From Nemertoderma westbladi (taxonomy: Eukaryota; Animalia; Xenacoelomorpha), in contig JAUCBJ010008854.1 in the NCBI GenBank assembly GCA_032718475.1, positions 9,746-73,745 of the forward strand: a stretch of 64,000 nucleotides of DNA, read 5' to 3'. The notes under the pieces are model-generated. The model was not told the origin of the DNA, ran no database searches, and saw only the letters and a list, made by a program, of their open reading frames with translations. This document shows positions 36,791-50,013 of this stretch, in pieces. Position numbers and translations under genes: made by a program. The stretch's first letter is position 1, and every line of letters begins with the position of its first letter.

Positions 36791-37604
36791 GTACTTGACA
36801 CAATTAATGACTAAGGTCTAAAGTGTCCATTTATGTGCTACTGTAAAGACTTTGCCGTAATTGGCTTTAAAAATTATTGCTAATGTAGCTTTTTGTTTCC
36901 GCTTTCCGACAACCAGCCACATCGACAAACATAAACCGACAAGAAGGAATCACGAATTATTCAGCGTCGGCATCGTCGGGTTATTGTCGGTGGTGCATTT
37001 AGTAAAGCCCCAAAGCCTCTACAATTGGCGGCAAATGACACAAACCGACAAGTAAAATGACAAACCGACATTCCGTCACTGTTGGTTGATTATATTAGCG
37101 CGAGTTTATAGAAGTTTAATTCTGAATTCACACTCAAAATATTTCAACATTTTATAAATTCTCGGAACTGTCAGTTTACTACTGTCGGAGGCGTAATTAG
37201 TCATTCGTACAGTATAACCAAACGTTGTCTTGTTCTGTAAACATTAACTACGTTCTTCATTTAGTGTGGTCTATCGTGTAGTGAAGTGTAACCTCCCACG
37301 CACTGTATGTTTATGGCTGTCAGGTTATTACAAGGAGAAGCCTGATTGTTTATGAAATAATCAACCTAGCTGTCAACAGACTGTAACAGACTGTAAATAT
37401 TCGCACAATAGCCAGAAAGTCAGTGAAGGTGTACAGTAGTCTGGTTATATTTTATTTCCATTGAGACATAGTCTGCAATATAAAACACAATGAAAATTTT
37501 ATTTTCACAACTCTAACTTTCTCTTGAAATATCATTACTTCAAAATGTTTTCATTGCAGAAATACAAAAAGTTAATTATTTTTTATGTTATTAATCATAT
37601 TTAG

Positions 37605-40600
37605 ACAGCAAGGTGGCTTACCAGAAAGAAATCGAATTCCCTTGCCAGGTAAGTTTGCAGATTATGCATATTATATTATGTAAAATTAAATGAAAAGTTA
37701 TCAGTACCCGCAGCATCAGTTAGCTATCAGTTTAGCTTATATAATACCGGTGCTGTTTACTGTCAAAAAAATATTTTATTACAAATTACAACAGTGAAGC
37801 GAGTGCAGAGTGCCACAATAATTTTATTTCGCCGAGAGCCGGATCGCTCAGGATGCGGCCTACAAGGCGAGACAGTTAGACGCCCTCCAAGCCATTCCCG
37901 CCGCATTCGACGCCGCACAGTGGAACATACGGTGTCCCACAAGACGGGGGGGGGGGAGGGTGGTTAACGGCTCAGCCCTCCGTGGTAGACCACACGGACC
38001 TGGACCAGGAGGTGTCTCGGCGGCTCGTCGGTCCAGTGGGAGGTAACTCTGTCCACTGGTTACCTGGATAGATGGGGTCGCGAGGTCGGTGGGGTCAGGG
38101 CTGATCTTTTGGCGCGAGGAGTCTGGGCCAATCAGAGGGTGGCGTCTTTCGACATTGCGGTTGTAATCGCCGACGCCCTCTCTTATTCCAACCGGTCCGT
38201 AGACTCCATTCAGGATTTACGGGTTCGCGCCAAGAAGGTCCCTTATAGCAGGTACCACCGACGGGGTGTGGTGCAAGGGATCAGAGATCCTGAGCCGCCA
38301 CCTCGCGGAGACCCTCGTTGCGCGGCGGCAAGGGATGCGGGAACGTGGCCTTGCTTGCGTTCTCGGGGGAGTTCGGAGGCGTCTTCAGTTCGCGCTCCTC
38401 CGCTCCAACTCGCTTTGTTTGCGTCGGTCCTGGAGGTGTCTCGGGTTCGGGGACGGAGCTGGTCTGCGTGGGTCTGACCTACCAGACAATTACTGATTTG
38501 GTGGTGGTATACGTGCTATTTATTGTTGGTGCGATTTTTAATTGTATTTATTGTTTGTTCTTATCTGTATAATATCATTTAATAAAAATATAATATGTAA
38601 TATTTATTTTGTTTACAGATTTGTGGCAATGAGTGTGATTACTTCTCACCAAGCATCGAATGCGATCGTTGTAAACTATGGACCCATACCGTATGTCTGG
38701 AAATGCCAGTCAGTTTAATAAATAGGTGGCAAACAAACCTAAGATTTCTCTGCAAGGATTGTACACACGTTCGAAATCGATTCGACTTCAAAGGTTCCTT
38801 AGAAAGGTACAGTAGGTTAAACTTAAAATAAATATTGCATTAGAAAATGTGCAAGGATGTCGTCAGAGCTCGAATCAGTGCGTTATAATCAGGGGCATAT
38901 TGAGGCAAAATTTTATTATTGCCACTTCAAAATAATACTTTAAAATTCCTCAACTCAACACGCCTAATGTGCGTTATACTGACATATACTGTACATACAT
39001 TAGTTCAGCTTGCAGCTGGAGTGACTTTATGGAGTAGGGGATAGTCACTACTGTATGTATATAAATTGGAAGGTCCATGTTCGTTCGCAAGTAAATCCGG
39101 ATTTTGTTTTGATTATTTTGTTGGTAAAGTTGGTCATATATCCCTAACATTTTGTACCGGTGCAATTGTATTTTTCAACTATATTATTATCGTAGGGTGT
39201 TTTACATTAATTGCATTATCATTATATAAATTTATACGTTTTAGGATACATGAAGTGTACATAAAGACTCGATTAAATAAGGGGGACCTGACTGAGTTGA
39301 AGGAATGCGCAGCCTCTGAAGAATTGCTGTTACTTACATACAGAGTCGTCCTCCCGCCACTCATTAAAGAAACTTTGGTCGATAAGAAAATATACAATAA
39401 AGACAACCAAGCAAAGAAAATATTAGAAGAATGTCATCCACACATGCTGAGAGATTACACGCCACTGCAAGTGGCTGGTGATGGAAACTGTCTCTATCGC
39501 GCTGTATCCTTGGCAGGTTTTAGGTGTGAATCTTATCATGTCCATTTACGCTTGCTAGTGGCTTTAGAGGTTATATGTCACAGGGAACAATATGATACAG
39601 AATGTGAGGTTTACAAAACCACCATTAAGAACAAGTATATAAATGAGCCCGGCTATTTGGATCTCGTGAATACTATTGTACGTTACAAAGAATGGAGTGG
39701 TTTATTAGTGATGTATGCGCTATCTGCAGTTATTAGTAATCCTATTCTGTCGTATATGCCACCATTCGACCTTGGGACTATGGATTTAACAAGTGCATTT
39801 CGAGGTCGAATAGTTGGTAGGGGTGTTCGATCGGTTAAGGAGGCTCATATTATTGTAATGTGGAGTCAGTGCGGTTCAATGGACACTTCATATTATTCAT
39901 CTGTCAATCATTTTGCCGTGTTGGCAAAGAAAGGAAGTAGTAAGGTAGTGATAGAAGTAGAAACATCAACTCCTGCTAGTGACGGAGGAAGTGAAGATCA
40001 ACTAATGTCGCCTATTCCATATTCTGATGATATATTTTCAGATGCATCAAATGAAACACCAATCCCATTTACTCAGGTACGATTTGACAGTCCATTATCT
40101 GGTGAAATCCGTTCTTCTTCAAGTGTTATATCTCCAAGCCCAATAATTGTTGAAGATTTTATTGTTCAAAAGGAGCAAGACCTTAGAACGGGAGCTTTAG
40201 GATGCTTATTTTCCCATTCTGATAAGATATTAGAGTTACTAACATCAACATCCAGTCTAGACAAGGTACCTAGAGGAAAAAAGGAAAATTGTTACTTTAT
40301 TGTCAATAATGAAAGAAATGTAGAATTAAGAAACGAAAATAAAAAACCTAGATATGAAGATGACTGTGGAGCCTGGGACTCTGCACGCAGTTCTTCAAAT
40401 TCATATTGGTATGAACTTCACGATGACAATAACAACATAAAGAAGAGACTCTATACGAAATCTGGTACATTTTGCACAGAGGTACGGGAGGGTAAGAAAA
40501 AAAAATGATATCGATTGACCCTCAACCAATAAGGGTCCTAAAGTTGGGCCGCTACTACTCCAAACTAAAATGTGATAACCGATATCAGAAAAGAATATCT

Positions 40601-41463
40601 TGGGTAATAGAGGCTCCTTCTAGTTGTGCTATCAAGAGCAATATTGCCGTATGGGAATATATAGGAGAATTCCCAGGCCTTTCCGTGCATGGAAATTCCT
40701 CTATAACTTCCAATAATTATGTGAGGACAACAGAAAACGCATGGGATGCAATGGATAAAATAATACCTCTTGCTGCACCTAAGAAAGTGTATTCCGAACT
40801 AAGTAAAGGGGAACCAACCGATAAGTTTCCAAGAAACACAAAACAAATAAGAAACCGTAAGTACCGATACTTAGAAAGGCAACAACAAGAAGGTTCTACT
40901 GATGTTATTCATAGAAGCAACTTTTCTGATCAATTGCAAATTATTTCGTCTATGGTGCAAGATCATCCGTTTGTGCAACATGTACTGCATTCTAAGAATG
41001 AAGTGCCAACAGTGGTACTCTTTACTGATGATCAAATGCGTGATGTTAATAATTACTGTTGCACTGGTCGATGTGTCCTGGCGTTCGATAAGACATACAA
41101 TTTGGGGGATTTGTATGTAACACCTTCAACATTTAAATGTATGTCTGTCATAAACACAGATAGCTTATTTATGGTGTTGTTGAAGTTATGTACCGCGACT
41201 TTCAACGTGCGTTATTAGGCCAGGGAAATTATTCCCTCTCAAAAGAAGCTAAACGGCTAGCCATTTCCCCGGAACAATGGTCCGAGTTGAACGAAGAACA
41301 AAGACGAAAGGCCATAGAAAAACTTGCCAGTTTCAAATCTCTGCGAAGGCACCACCTTGTAGATTCAACCGATGGGAGACTAAAAACAATGTTTAAAAAG
41401 ACAGGCCGAAAACCGGGACAAGGCCGACGAAAGAAAACTCGCTCAATGAAATCTACGAAATAG
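37605..41463 (+). pseudogene. Spliced PHD finger + OTU (vertnin-like) protease + MULE transposase, frameshifted and internally deleted
   Basis: Exons 37605-37648, 38619-38806 and 39245 onward join in frame to give FPCQ|IC..CDRC..HTVC..CKDC (C4HC3). OTU motifs GDGNCLYRAVS and VNHF; MULE motif FDKTYNLG. Frameshift at the A9 run (40497-40505); the rest of the DDE core is missing near 41170. Confidence 0.8.
37810..38600 (+). mobile_element. 3' fragment of a CRE-like RLE LINE in an intron of the MULE gene
   Basis: ADLLARGVW..FDIAV and RRLQFALLRSNSLCLRRS; GC-rich block ending near AATAAA (38581). Confidence 0.6.
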
Positions 41464-44400
41464 TATCATTGTAAACTGCACGATACCCACTCTAATTTTC
41501 TGTTTATTTTTCATAATGGCAAAATGCCACCAGCCCCTCCCCCAGAGAGACCACTATCACCACAATTAGCTTTTCATTTCTTCCGGAGTAATTTTTATAT
41601 TTTAGAATTACTTACAGTGTATTATGTAGAATGAATTTAATTTAGGAAAAATATTTTTGAAGACTATCTGTCAACCAATCTTTCTATCGATCAATATATT
41701 ATTCCACCAACACATCAATCAATAAATCAATATATACTGTATACAGTAGGTACCTGAACTGTATAAAGAAAAAGAGTAACAAAAAAGTAAAACACATTAT
41801 CTTATACAATGCTATATTGCGCCTCTGCATTCTCACGGGCTGGGCACCGTTTTTTGTTTCGGTTGCGCAAATTCAATACATTAAATGCCAACACGAAAAC
41901 AAAAAGCTGCATTAGCAATAAATTTTAAAGCCAGTTAAGGCAAAGTCTTATGTTAACAAATCCAACAGTACAATATGCCGCCTGGCTTATGGGGATACAT
42001 AAAAGGTTGAATAGTTATGAAGTGGTCATCCTTGGGAGATTGTGTTGCGCAACCATTCTTTTCCGGTAACATCCAAGAGAGAAAGGAGCTTCCGTTACTT
42101 CTTGTTTCCTTCCTTCACTTTACTTTACGTCATTTAGGTAAATACCAATTACGTCACACAATGTGCAGGTGTATGTAAAGTAATAAATTTCGGAATTGTA
42201 TTGCACTGTACTGTATGTTAGAGTATAGGAACTGATACCGCAGAAAAATACCACCGACAATAGTCTGACTACCACCGACAAAAACTAATAATAATAGCAA
42301 CACACCGACATATGAAAAACACTAATGATTTTTACCATTACGCTATGCAATATAATAATTCAAAACAAGATAATATATGAAGGCGGTATTATATTTTAAA
42401 GAAATTATCATGACTAATTACACCACCGACAACAGGCCGACAGTGGACAATATACTTTGTTATAAATATTTTGACTGGAAATAAAAATTGTATAATCATG
42501 TACTGAAATAGTTTACTAACATTGCCGAAGCTTTCGGTATACTGTCGGTTTGCGATCTTACCTGTCGGTTTGTGTCTTTTGTTGTCGGTGGTATGTCAAA
42601 TGTGTCGGTGGCGTATTACTTTGAAGGCAATTTTCTCGGAATGACATTCTTTCACGCAAATTTTTTATTAATTTCGTAAGATTTTATAATAATTCGAGTT
42701 ATTTACAAATTAATTAATAACCGCAGGGGGTAGCCCCCCGTAATTAATATATCATATTTACACAATGCAAGACAATGTAACTGACAGACTTGGTTTGTCA
42801 TTGTGACATTTTTTGCATTGTATCGAATGTATTTACATACACGTTGTACAACGCAAAAACGCTGTTAGTACAAAAGACAACCCTGAAGTCAAAATATTAA
42901 TGGAAAGTGAAAAATAATACGCAGAAAAATTTCCCACCACCAGAAGAAATTAGATATTTACGGACATTTTAAACCAACAATCTGAAGACAAAAGGTAATT
43001 TGCGTTTTTCTCTGAGAAATTACTTATTTGACTTACGGTCTTTTTACATTGCACGGCAGAATTGGTGTTATAATATCTTCACAAGGAAATAAGCAGACAA
43101 CCAACAGTGATAGAGTTGTCTAAGAGTGTCGGTTTGCCATTTTGTTTGTCGGTTGGTTGACTACCAAAGGCAACTTTTCACATACACCGATATAAACAAA
43201 GTAATTCAATTTTTCATAATGGCAAAATGCCACCAGCCCCTCCCCCAGAGAGACCACTATCACCACAATTAGCTTTTCATTTCTTCCGGAGTAATTTTTA
43301 TATTTTAGAATTACTTACAGTGTATTATGTAGAATGAATTTAATTTAGGAAAAATATTTTTGAAGACTATCTGTCAACCAATCTTTCTATCGATCAATAT
43401 ATTATTCCACCAACACATCAATCAATAAATCAATATATACTGTATACAGTAGGTACCTGAACTGTATAAAGAAAAAGAGTAACAAAAAAGTAAAACACAT
43501 TATCTTATACAATGCTATATTGCGCCTCTGCATTCTCACGGGCTGGGCACCGTTTTTTGTTTCGGTTGCGCAAATTCCATACATTAAATGCCAACACGAA
43601 AACAAAAAGCTGCATTAGCAATAAATTTTAAAGCCAGTTAAGGCAAAGTCTTATGTTAACAAATCCAACAGTACAATATGCCGCCTGGCTTATGGGGATA
43701 CAGAAAAGGTTGAATAGTTATGAAGTGGTCATCCTTGGGAGATTGTGTTGGGCAACCATTCTTTTCCGGTAACATCCAAGAGAGAAAGGAGCTTCCGTTA
43801 CTTCTTGTTTCCTTCCTTCACTTTACTTTACGTCATTTAGGTAAATACCAATTACGTCACACAATGTGCAGCTGTATGTAAAGTAATAAATTTCGGAATT
43901 GTATTGCACTGTACTGTATGTTAGAGTATAGGAACTGATACCGCAGAAAAATACCACCGACAATAGTCTGACTACCACCGACAACAGTCTGACTACCACC
44001 GACAAAAACTAATAATACTAGCAACACACCAACATATGAAAAACACTAATGATTTTTACCATTACGCTATGCAATATAATAATTCAAAACAAGATAATAT
44101 ATGAAGGCGGTATTATATTTTAAAGAAATTATCATGACTAATTACACCACCGACAACAGGCCGACAGTGGACAATATACTTTGTTATAAATATTTGGACT
44201 GGAAATAAAAATTGTATAATCATGTACTGAAATAGTCTACTAACATTGCCGAAGCTGTCGGTATACTGTCGGTTTGCGATCTTACCTGTCGGTTTGTGTC
44301 GGTTTGTGTCTTTTGTTGTCGGTGGTATGCGAAAGGTGTCGGTGGTTGTCGGTGTAGTATTTAGTCAAATTTTAAAGCCAGTTAAGGCAAAGTCTTATGT

Positions 44401-45479
44401 TAACAAATCCAACAGTACAATATGCCGCCTGGCTTATGGGGATACAGAAAAGGTTGAATAGTTATGAAGTGGTCATCCTTGGGAGATTGTGTTGGGCAAC
44501 CATTCTTTTCCGGTAACATCCAAGAGAGAAGGGAGCTTCCGTTACTTCTTGTTTCCTTCCTTCACTTTACTTTACGTCATTTAGGTAAATACCAATTACG
44601 TCACACAATGTGCAGCTGTATGTAAAGTAATAAATTTCGGCATTGTAGGGGCCTATCGCACTGTACTGTATGTCCAAGTTTAAGAACGGATACCGCAGAA
44701 ATATACCACTGACAACAGTCTGACTACCACCGACAACAGTCTGACTACCACCGACAAAAACTAATAATAATAGCAACACACCGACATATGAAAAACACTA
44801 ACGATTTTTACCATTACGCTATGCAATATAATAATTTAAAACAAGATAATATATGAAGGCGGTATTATATTTTAAAGAAATTATCATGACTAATTACACC
44901 ACCGACAACAGGCCGACAGTGGACAATATACTTTGTTATAAATATTTGGACTGGAAATAAAAATTGTATAATCATGTACTGAAATAGTTTACTAACATTG
45001 CCGAAGTTGTCGGTATACTGTCGGTTTGCGATCTTACCTGTCGGTTTGTGTCGGTTTATGTCTTTTGTTGTCGGTGGTTGTCGGTGGTATGCGAAAGGTG
45101 TCGGTGGTTGTCGGTGGCGTATTTAGTCAAACCCGATATTGAAGCTGTACTACAGTACTTCAGTACTTATAGTGTTAAATAATTGTTCAGATTAGAACAT
45201 GCACGAAATATAATACTTTATTAAAAAATTAACTCCGGCAATATTTTTACCGGAGCCGGAGCAGGAGCCGGAGGTGCCAAAATGGCCGGAGCCGGAGCCG
45301 GAGGCTGGAGCTCCGATCGAGCCCTAATCAGTAGGCCTATACAATGTAAATCTAAAATATAATTCCTGAATTCTGTAATTAGGCCTAAATCGATATTTTG
45401 ATGTTCTAGATGAATTATCTTGAGCTTGACTGTTATCTACAGTACAGTACTGCAGTACAGTCAGACAGTCTAACATCTA

Positions 45480-45748
45480 AGGCAGGGAGAGCGCCACACT
45501 CAGACACTAAATCCCATGGGTGAACACACCGTCCGTACTGCCTCACTGCCAGACTGCCGTAAACATTACAGCATTAACCCAGTAACCCTTATCTGCTTAT
45601 TCTTTACTCCCCCAGGTCCCAGCGCCAGCAGAAGCCAGCGCTCCATACAGCGATATCATAAAGTTTGTCATAAACGTTTCGAAATTGTAACTGCCACGGC
45701 ACGGGATCGAACCCGGGACCCCAGAGTTAGAAGCATAACAAAAGGGCT
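45480..45748 (-). mobile_element. tRNA-derived SINE-like sequence
   Basis: Minus strand ...CTTCTAACTCTGGGGTCCCGGGTTCGATCCCG (T-arm/B-box). The head is cut by the adjacent MITE. Confidence 0.45.
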
Positions 45749-45757
45749 GCAAATCCA

Positions 45758-46868
45758 GGGTCCTACTAAATACTACAAAAAGCACAAAACAAGCACAAAA
45801 AAGCACAAAAAAGTCAAGAAAAGCACAAAAAAGCACAAAAAAAGCACAAAAAAGCACAAAAAAAGTAAAAAAAAGCACAAAAAAGTAAAAAAAAAGCACA
45901 AAAAAACCTTCTCACATCAAGAGAGAGAGAGGGGGGGGGGGGGGGGGGGGCGAAAATATGAGAGATATTGTTACAGACACCCCCTTCCCCCCCTGACATA
46001 TAAGATAAGTACGCATGAACTCCTAAACAACATTGCAAACAATCTGGCAGTTATAGAAATTTCAAAGTATACAGTAGTTACAACAGCAGTGGTTAAACCC
46101 AGGCAGGAACTGTGTTTCCAACAGACGCAGATATCGTAACCAAGGCAGTTCCGACCTAAGCTAGATTCTTGCAAGTATGACTATGACTAATATCATCATA
46201 CTTGTCCTCAGACGTTATCGATCGCCCACTCGAGAGGTTCGGGCAGACCGTGATGTGATATAATTGTACAGTATGTCGATTTATCGGAGAATAAAGGCAT
46301 TCCAATAACAGAATAATCGCGATTTCGGTCAACACTGACATATCCAGTTTACAAGCGCCTATCACCTATGCTGCGTCGCTACATCTCCCACATCGCTACA
46401 TCCACATCGTTACAAGTAATTAACCAGAACGCTGATAAGTTGACATAATGTGACAAGACAATAACAAAGTCTATTACAGTATTATAAGTTCTATCCTGAT
46501 ATTTGAATTGAACCATCTTTACATACTGACATTAGCCTGATATTGCACTAGGGTGCTCGTGGTAGGGCTGTACCTGTAAGTGCTCGTGCTGGTACTCACT
46601 CACTGGCAGCTATATGACATGAAAGCATACTGGACGTGGACATGTGATTATCCTTCCGGTAGCCTAGACACTACTGCACTACATGATATTGCTTCTATCA
46701 TCTGTTCTATTACAAGCTCAATAAACAGCTATCAGTTTGGTTTTTTGTGCTTTTTTTTTATTTTTTTGTGCTTTTTTTTTACCTTTTTTGTGCTTTTTTG
46801 TGCTTTTCTTGACTTTTTTGTGCTTTTTTGTGCTTGTTTTGTGCTTTTTGTAGTATTTAGTAGGACCC
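45758..46868. mobile_element. Mutator-type MITE (1.1 kb) with AAAAGCAC-repeat TIRs
   Basis: TIR GGGTCCTACTAAATACTACAAAAAGCAC.../reverse complement; 9-bp TSD GCAAATCCA (45749-45757, 46869-46877). Confidence 0.9.
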
Positions 46869-47489
46869 GCAAATCCATGCCCGGTCAGCCGGTTAAATTT
46901 CCATAGTGTACGCTGTACGGTATTCTCACTCCCACGCCCACCACCCACTGGTGTACTTTTTGGTATCGTCTACCAGTCTGCCAGTCGGTGAGAAGTCAAA
47001 AATTGGACTTCAAGTCCAATTTTAGACTTAAAGTCCAATTTTGGACTCCAAAGTCCAATATTGGACTTTAGTACAACTCCAAGTGTACCTACCCATGCTG
47101 CCATACTGTATATCGGTATTTAAATCAAAACTGCATCCCGTATCCGTACATATATATTACATAATTACAATGCAACATTATTTTAATGATCAAATTAATT
47201 ATTATAAGTATTATAAGCAGGGATCGCACACATACAGTCAGACATCAGTAGTTACTTTTTGCGGTAGTGGTATGGCTTTGCGGTAGCCTTACTGCCTTAA
47301 TCTGTTAATGGTGTATACCGCGGTTCGCGGTAGCGGTAGTGGAGTTATAGCTGTATAGTTCATTCATACCCATACCTGTGGCTGTGGTATTTTCGTATGG
47401 CAAAAATAAGACTATCGTATGGCAAATCTGTAACCTATTATGTTATTGAGTTAATGTTTATGTTTATTGACTAATTGTTTTGATTAGGT

Positions 47490-49152
47490 TCACTGTGTCA
47501 AGTACAATGCACACATCTCCAACCAGACACTACAGCACTATATAACATTGGAGTTGGAGGTGTCTCTTGGTTCCCCCAAGCTTGACACTAGAACAAAGCC
47601 GCCTCCGCTTTGCAGGACATTGCTATCGCTGTGAGGACCAGCCAGTGCATCCGCATCTTTAAGGCCAGTGTCCTTTAAGATGCGTCTCAAGAAAGTCATG
47701 GGCTGTCCACCATGCTTATTCACTCCATGAGGCTGCCAAAGTACAAGATTATGCACTGGCTGGTCCTCACGGCGAAAGCAATGTCCTTCAAAGCGGAGGC
47801 GATTTTGTTCTAGTGTCAAGCTTGGGGGAACCAATGAGACACCTCCAATGTTATATAGTGTCTGGTTGGAGATGTGTGCATTGTACTTTGACACAATGAA
47901 CCCGGCGTAGCATTCTTGTGAATGTGCCATCCAGAGATTTGGTGTCCTCAGCAGTTAGAGCCCAGCATGGACTCCCGTAGAGGAGTACTGGAACTACTGC
48001 TGCTCTAAATAATCGGACCTTAAGTTTCCGATTAATTCTCAGTGACTTCCAAATCCTGGAAAGCCTATTCAAGGCTGCCCATGCCTTTCCCTTACGTATT
48101 CGAAGGTCCTCACCTGACTTCCGGATCCATAATCCCAGGTAACAGAAGTCGTCCACATGCTCAAGCATACCATCCTTTGAGCTTATGCTCATCCGATCAG
48201 AGACTTGCTGAGGACTTTCAAAGTTAACGGTCAGAATTTTGGTCTTTCTGGAGTTAATAAAAAGACCAACACTAGAAGCAGCATGTTCTAATGAGCTGAG
48301 GAGCCGTTGGGCTCCCTCTAATGATTCTGAGAGTACTCCTAAGTCATCAGCAAAGTCTAGATCAGTTAGGTATTTGGCAGGATTTCCTCGACTTCTGGAG
48401 CCAGTAGGTGGAGTTATCATCACCCCATCATCATTATGATGATCTAAGGACATGCATAGAACATAGTCAACCACAATAATGAACAAGAATGGTGCAAGTG
48501 TGTCTCCTTGGAGGACGCCCCATAACACTTCAAATGGTTCTGTCTCTGTGTCACCGTCAACAGTAGACACAAATGTTGTCGAACCATCGTATACTGATCT
48601 GATTGCTGCAATAATTTCATCAGGAATCCCATATAATGAAAGTATGCTGAACATACGTGAGCGAGAGACTGAATCAAAGGCCTTGAAGAAGTCAACAAAG
48701 ATAACAGCCAGATGCCTGTCTTTCTTTTTTGATAATTCTTCAATTATCCTTCTAAGTGCCAAAATGGGCTCCATGATCCCACGACCTTTACGGAACCCAT
48801 TCTGATTTCCAAGGAGTAGTCTCTCAATGGGATCCCTGATGCGATTTAATAGAATCCTATTGTATAGCTTTGCAGCAATCGATATCAATGAGATTCCCCG
48901 AAAAGAACCATAGAGCGTTAGGTTGCCCTTCTTGGGAACTGGCACCAACTTATTTGCTTTCACCTCCTGCGGGACTCCTGCTGCCCGATACACGTCCACC
49001 ACGATGGGACAGACGAGCCCCAAACACCCAGGCACTCCAAAGACCCCAGGGGGAACACCACCCACTCCACCGGCACGACTGGTCCCAACGCCCCCCGCAG
49101 CAGCCCTCACCCCTGCAAAGGAGACATCGCCAATGGGAACATCCGGGAACAC
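47490..49152 (-). mobile_element. 5'-truncated RTE-like LINE (RT ORF 47851-49152)
   Basis: QNGFRKGR, DFFKAFDS, GVLQGDTLAP, DLDFADD, FCYLG, LLYG; C-terminal RLRFEGHCFR in a shifted frame. Confidence 0.92.
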
Positions 49153-50013
49153 TTACTGTCTTAAAGGACACTAATTGTTGGGGGGTGGTGCAGGAGGTGG
49201 ACCACCCAGTCTGCCAGTCATGCCAGTGGCCATTTTTGGACAGATTTGTCTCAAATTTCACACAGACACTCTCTGACCTATGTGTAACTTCATAGAAAAA
49301 AGTTTTAAATTAGGTGATTTTCCGCTTCGAGCAGCACGATTGAAAAGCATGAGTTTATGGCTTTTTTCTCGAAAAGTAAATTTTTGCCTGTTTTCAAATG
49401 TGCACTATTTCCTTAATTTTCCTTCAATTTGCCGGAAAATATACTGACAGACACCCCAGGTCGTGTATTTAGTGTGGTGTAAATTTTACGGCTGCAGACC
49501 CAGCTGTAACTGTGTGTGTGTGTAGTAGTAGGCTTATATCGAAGTCGAACTTAAATTAGGCCCTATATTGACAGTTTTGAAATTTATAATATCATGGGGT
49601 ATCTATCTGCATCTGGGTATGCTATGCTGGTATGTAAGAATATACTGAGGGGGGTTAAATTTTACTAAAAAATCACCCAGAGTAGTTTATCTCCGGGTTA
49701 AAATACCCCAATGAATTCTAACCGGGCTGCCGGGCAGCCGGGGGGTGAAAATACACTCAGACACTAGGGAATTTTAACCGCGGGTGAATTTTTAGAGGGG
49801 TGGAAATTCTCTGCTACACCGGTACCTCTGTCAGCCTGTAGTCCAGTCCAGTAGTCTGGTAGTGCATAGTGTAGTCTGTAGTGTAATACTCGTTGTTGCC
49901 AGCTGACAGGCAGGCAGGTGGCAGCCAACCAGTGACCAGTGCACACAAAGCTGCAAAGTGTCTTATAAAGCAAAGCTATCCGGTAACAACTGACCAAGTG
50001 AACATACTGAACA

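Larger units (their letters stand above)
34442..45134 (+). mobile_element. Foldback-type Mutator/MULE (Phantom-like), 10.7 kb
   Basis: Termini GGGTTTGACTAAATACGCCACCGAC / reverse complement; 9-bp TSD GATATTGAA (34433-34441, 45135-45143). ~1.6-kb TIRs built of ~750-bp tandem units with ACCGAC motifs, plus an extra unit at ~41510-42615. Confidence 0.92.
33770..45326. mobile_element. Non-autonomous hAT element (~0.85 kb own sequence) containing a nested Mutator
   Basis: Perfect 16-bp TIR TAGGGCTCGATCGGAG; 8-bp TSD ATCAGTAG (33762-33769, 45327-45334); GCCGGA subterminal repeats. Confidence 0.9.

Noticed and set aside
39066-39244. N-terminus of the 480-aa ORF as a membrane-anchored protein
   Set aside because: This is read-through of AT-rich intron sequence upstream of the AG acceptor at 39244.
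45690-45748. tRNA gene
   Set aside because: Only a T-arm/B-box is recognisable and there is no complete cloverleaf; treated as a SINE head.
45516-46948. Lys/His-rich ORFs (KKHKK)
   Set aside because: They derive from the AAAAGCAC repeats in MITE TIRs.
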